A DNA stretch of 64,000 bases from Hormiphora californensis (Eukaryota; Animalia; Ctenophora). The number at the start of each line of letters is the position of its first letter. Position 1 is the stretch's first letter. The stretch covers positions 3,720,001-3,784,000 of the forward strand of contig CM035352.1 of NCBI GenBank assembly GCA_020137815.1, in the 5' to 3' direction. Position numbers and translations under genes: made by a program. The notes under the pieces were generated by a model. It was given only the letters and a program-made list of their open reading frames with translations, was not told the DNA's origin and searched no databases. This document shows, piece after piece, positions 60,485-64,000 of the stretch.

Positions 60485-63400
60485 TTAGTCACACCTGAAA
60501 ACAACATTAATCAAGAATTTGGCTTTACGATTAACCTTTTTCTCACTCTTGATAAAACTGAAGATTTCATTTTTGTTCATAACGGCGATCGGAAAGAAAA
60601 AGTCTGACTTCCCTGGCCGCTCTACCACCATATAATAGTGCAGGATGAGATCGAAATGAAGGGTGCTTTCTTTGACAGGTGAACTGTTGAAAAGAAGGGT
60701 TGAATCTCCCTCAGGGAGGGAAAGAGTAAAACTGAACTTGTGTGTTTTACCACACCCTTTTACCTCACACTGAACTTCGTTAGTCGAGAATGGTAAGCAA
60801 TTTTGTTTTTTCAAAAGTTCGATGGAATGATTTGCAAAGGGAATTTCAACTAAGAAAGTTTTAAAGTCCGTCTTTTCCAATTTGGTGTTTTCTCGATCAA
60901 TCCCATCGAAAAGCGAGAATCCAGTTCGAACATCGCTCAAGTAACTCCAATTGAGTCGACAGTTGCTCCATGCCTCGCACAGTCGTCCAAAGTGGTCGCT
61001 GGTCAGGTTATCGATTCTCTTGAACTGGCCCCACGCCATCATTGCATCGACGCAGAGATAAGCCTCCGTGGAGCCAGGACAAACTTTTCCACAAATAGCG
61101 ATAACCTCGTAGAAATGCTTCATGGCCAACTTAAACCAAGGTTCATTGATAATAAATTCCAGTATGCATTGTTTTGTTGTAAGCTGTGTGCTGAATATTG
61201 ACACTGGTACAGCTGGTTTTTGAACGGGAAGACAGTTTTTGAAGATGAGGATCAAATATAAGCTGTTCACTTCGTATATTTTTTCACGAATTTGTTTCCG
61301 TCCAAGGCCCTGTAGTGATATCCAATTTTTAGATGTGCCACTTCCAGATATGATGTAGGAGAAAACAACTTTATGACCAGGAGTTGCGTTTGTTGTCATT
61401 TGGTAAGGTGCTGTAATACCAAGTTTAACTTCAAATGGATGCGGGGATTTACATCCTTCAATGGGACAGTCAATTTCGATGTTTTTCAAGCGAATGCACT
61501 TCCCTTTACCTAAATTACTTAGAACAGTTAGTTTGTCGAGCTTAAGTTCTCCTACAACGAACTTTTTGTTTTGGTTTTTGACTTTCGGCTCAGAATCAAT
61601 ACCCACGAGATAGTTCAAGACCAATCGCAGATCCTCAGAAAACGCTGCTGGAAGAAGAAGCTGAGGAAGACGACATAGAATCCGTTCCCTAATTTCCTTC
61701 GTAACAGTAATTCCTGTGTATTTGAGCCAGAGAAACAGGTGGTCAACGAACAAAAACAGAGGGCCAGGATCCTCAACAGTGCATACAGAAATGCATTTGT
61801 CTCGAAGCAAAAGAATCTGCTCAAAAGTCTTCAGTTTCCTCCAGTGCTTTAGATAACTAACCGCAGATGCTGCAGAATCGATTTGGGAAATTTGATCATC
61901 CACGTTAACAACAGATGAAACTGAGTTCTCAGACTGGCGATCCAAACTTTTCACCGACGAAGCAGGAGACAATACCGAAGTAGCCGGAGATGTACCGACT
62001 GAAGGAGCCGCAGATTGGTGAGAAGAGGTGGCCTCTGGCTGCTCTGCTTGCTGGAGTATCTTCTGGACAGATTCATTGGAAATTGTGTTTCGCAGAACCA
62101 AAACCAGTTCAAATTCATTTATAGCTTTACTGATTTGCTTGATAGCTTTACTGATTTGAGTTCTTCCTTTGCCGACAAGAGAAAAATAACGAAGTTGCCT
62201 TAGTCCATCAGGTTTGCATAGTTCAACAACACCATAGTAAAACACAACGTTATGGCCAGTAGTGCAGAAGAGAATTTCAGATGAAAAGGGATCGGAGAAA
62301 CTAATTTTGATCTCAAACAGATGGTTCTCCAGACAACCTTTTACAGGGCACTTATGCAAGGATGATTCGAATGCCAAACAATATTTCCAACTCAAAGATT
62401 CGATCGATTTACTCACATCCATTGACAAGCGTATTGCAACGTACTGGTCCGTTTTGCTCTTTGCTTTTCCAGTCGGAGTGTCGCCATTCATAGAATGCAG
62501 AATTTTCTTCAAATCGATAGTAACGTCTGCAGGAAGAAACTCTTGTGGCAGCTGAGCAAGTATGGTAACAAACATTTGCTGTTCCGGAACAGTCTCAGTG
62601 TACTCTAGCCAGTTGAAAAGGCATTCGATGAACAGAAATATAGGGTGGGGGCTTTCGAGATTGCTAACGATCACGCATCTTTTTTTCAGCTCCATGACTT
62701 CATCGAAAGTCAATTTTTTTCTCCAACGTGCCTCCTTGAAGAATTTCCAAACGGTTTCTATACAATTCGAATCAAGTTTTTGTAACTCCGCCTCAAAATC
62801 CAAGACATCGTCAGACGAGCCAGCGACCTCTGGCTCTGTACTTGCAGGTGATGGTGAAATACTTCCTGAAGGCTGTGTAAATGAAGGACCATCCATTGGA
62901 GGTAACTCAGGTGCGGGTCGCCGGGTGACCGGAGGAGGAAAAGGGGCATGATGAGGAGACCGGGGAGGATTGAAGGTTGGAGGAGTCGGAGGAGTTGCTG
63001 GTGGGGTTACCATAGAAACACAATCCTTAGTGATCTGGATACAAAACTCCTTGACAACGGAAAAAGAACCATCCTCCAATGTCAAGAACTTTGGAAGAAA
63101 CTTCAGCTCGGTAAATCTTCGAGCTGGAACCAAGCTATTATCTCGTAAAAACCAGAGCAGTTTCCCCAAAATCAGAGGGTTATTTTCCACTGTTCTGCAG
63201 AGATCGAGAAGTTTTGTAGAGTCTTCCTTGAGGTCTGAAACGACTGGAGAACCTTGGGGAGCACTTGTTAGAACAGCAAGCAGAAGCGTATCTCTCCAAG
63301 GCGCAGGGTATTTTGAAGCGATCCTCAAAAAACTGCCAAGGAAGTTAGCCCCATTGTGAATAAATGATGAAAATCGCTCCAGGCAGAGATTACGAAGAAT

Positions 63401-63793
63401 CGTGATGTCATACACAGAAGCAAATCCAAAACAGAGCTCAATAATTTTCTGGGAAACCTGAAGATCCTTGCCGTGGAGAATGAGAATGGAAGTGTACACA
63501 GCTTCCTCCATGTTCTCGAGTCTCTGAAGCGACGTTTCAATCTCAATTTCATCCAAGCCAGAGAAAAGGAGTCTCTCAAGAACAGAGCTGTGAAGCGCCA
63601 AAATCAGGGAGTTCACTCGAAAGTGGGACTGTCCGACATGGAGGATAACGGAGTGGCTGAGATCGTGAGAGGTCTGGAACTTTGATAGATCTTTCTGATT
63701 AGGGATTTTTACACCAGTGGTGGTATTGTGAGAGGAAGGAGGAGGGTCATCATTGGCATTCCAGAAACTAACTGCCAATTGTAGGTCGTCCAT
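60485..63793 (-). CDS. BTB/POZ protein with three ~230-aa Cys/His repeats (paralogue A), intronless 1102 aa
   Basis: N-terminal VILHVGQSHFRVNSLILALHSSVLERL (BTB signature), Pro-rich linker, repeated LFxxxLFxWL and CxxxGCxxxHxF motifs. Confidence 0.85.
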   Translation of the reverse strand: MDDLQLAVSFWNANDDPPPSSHNTTTGVKIPNQKDLSKFQTSHDLSHSVILHVGQSHFRVNSLILALHSSVLERLLFSGLDEIEIETSLQRLENMEEAVYTSILILHGKDLQVSQKIIELCFGFASVYDITILRNLCLERFSSFIHNGANFLGSFLRIASKYPAPWRDTLLLAVLTSAPQGSPVVSDLKEDSTKLLDLCRTVENNPLILGKLLWFLRDNSLVPARRFTELKFLPKFLTLEDGSFSVVKEFCIQITKDCVSMVTPPATPPTPPTFNPPRSPHHAPFPPPVTRRPAPELPPMDGPSFTQPSGSISPSPASTEPEVAGSSDDVLDFEAELQKLDSNCIETVWKFFKEARWRKKLTFDEVMELKKRCVIVSNLESPHPIFLFIECLFNWLEYTETVPEQQMFVTILAQLPQEFLPADVTIDLKKILHSMNGDTPTGKAKSKTDQYVAIRLSMDVSKSIESLSWKYCLAFESSLHKCPVKGCLENHLFEIKISFSDPFSSEILFCTTGHNVVFYYGVVELCKPDGLRQLRYFSLVGKGRTQISKAIKQISKAINEFELVLVLRNTISNESVQKILQQAEQPEATSSHQSAAPSVGTSPATSVLSPASSVKSLDRQSENSVSSVVNVDDQISQIDSAASAVSYLKHWRKLKTFEQILLLRDKCISVCTVEDPGPLFLFVDHLFLWLKYTGITVTKEIRERILCRLPQLLLPAAFSEDLRLVLNYLVGIDSEPKVKNQNKKFVVGELKLDKLTVLSNLGKGKCIRLKNIEIDCPIEGCKSPHPFEVKLGITAPYQMTTNATPGHKVVFSYIISGSGTSKNWISLQGLGRKQIREKIYEVNSLYLILIFKNCLPVQKPAVPVSIFSTQLTTKQCILEFIINEPWFKLAMKHFYEVIAICGKVCPGSTEAYLCVDAMMAWGQFKRIDNLTSDHFGRLCEAWSNCRLNWSYLSDVRTGFSLFDGIDRENTKLEKTDFKTFLVEIPFANHSIELLKKQNCLPFSTNEVQCEVKGCGKTHKFSFTLSLPEGDSTLLFNSSPVKESTLHFDLILHYYMVVERPGKSDFFFPIAVMNKNEIFSFIKSEKKVNRKAKFLINVVFRCD

Positions 63794-64000
63794 GGGTTAA
63801 CCACCCAGCCATACAATATATCCTGTAGGAAGATAGGAGCGATTTAATTAGTTGCCTAATGGGATTACAATTCGAAAAAATCTTTGAGAATTTAATTCGT
63901 TTTGAAATCGTGGCGTCAGATCAATGCTGTCTGCGATGAATTTGTTTAATCATTTGCTATTTGGAAACAGCCGATATAACTAAAAGCTATTCCTATGCAA

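Overview
Gene-dense eukaryotic (metazoan) DNA, most likely from a cydippid ctenophore such as Pleurobrachia or Hormiphora. That assignment is an inference from a 109-bp MITE whose translation QEPTETSKQPIRTRYLGHVTGYQPIRDQY I recall from Pleurobrachia gene models, and from the LDLa-GPCR type. Seventeen genes lie head-to-tail on the minus strand: C2orf76, eRF3/GSPT, GTF3C5, TELO2, RSRC2, CDC7, RNASEH1, TIMM13, NSUN2, SLC2A13, GSTK1, SLC35G-like, PSMB5, MRPL19, NCBP3 and two BTB-repeat paralogues. Spacers are short and almost every start codon has a 3' splice acceptor just upstream, suggesting an SL trans-spliced, operon-like cluster. The large eRF3 introns hold (i) an antisense nested LRR-less LDLa-GPCR split by a 1.6-kb (CAA)n-tailed retroelement with a 13-bp TSD, (ii) an RNase P RNA-like sequence split by a MITE, and (iii) a 5-kb tandem array with Helentron-like features. 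Many MITEs and microsatellites are present. Several housekeeping genes show single-base frameshifts, so base-level assembly errors are likely and pseudogene calls are uncertain. All calls are by eye; no searches were run.
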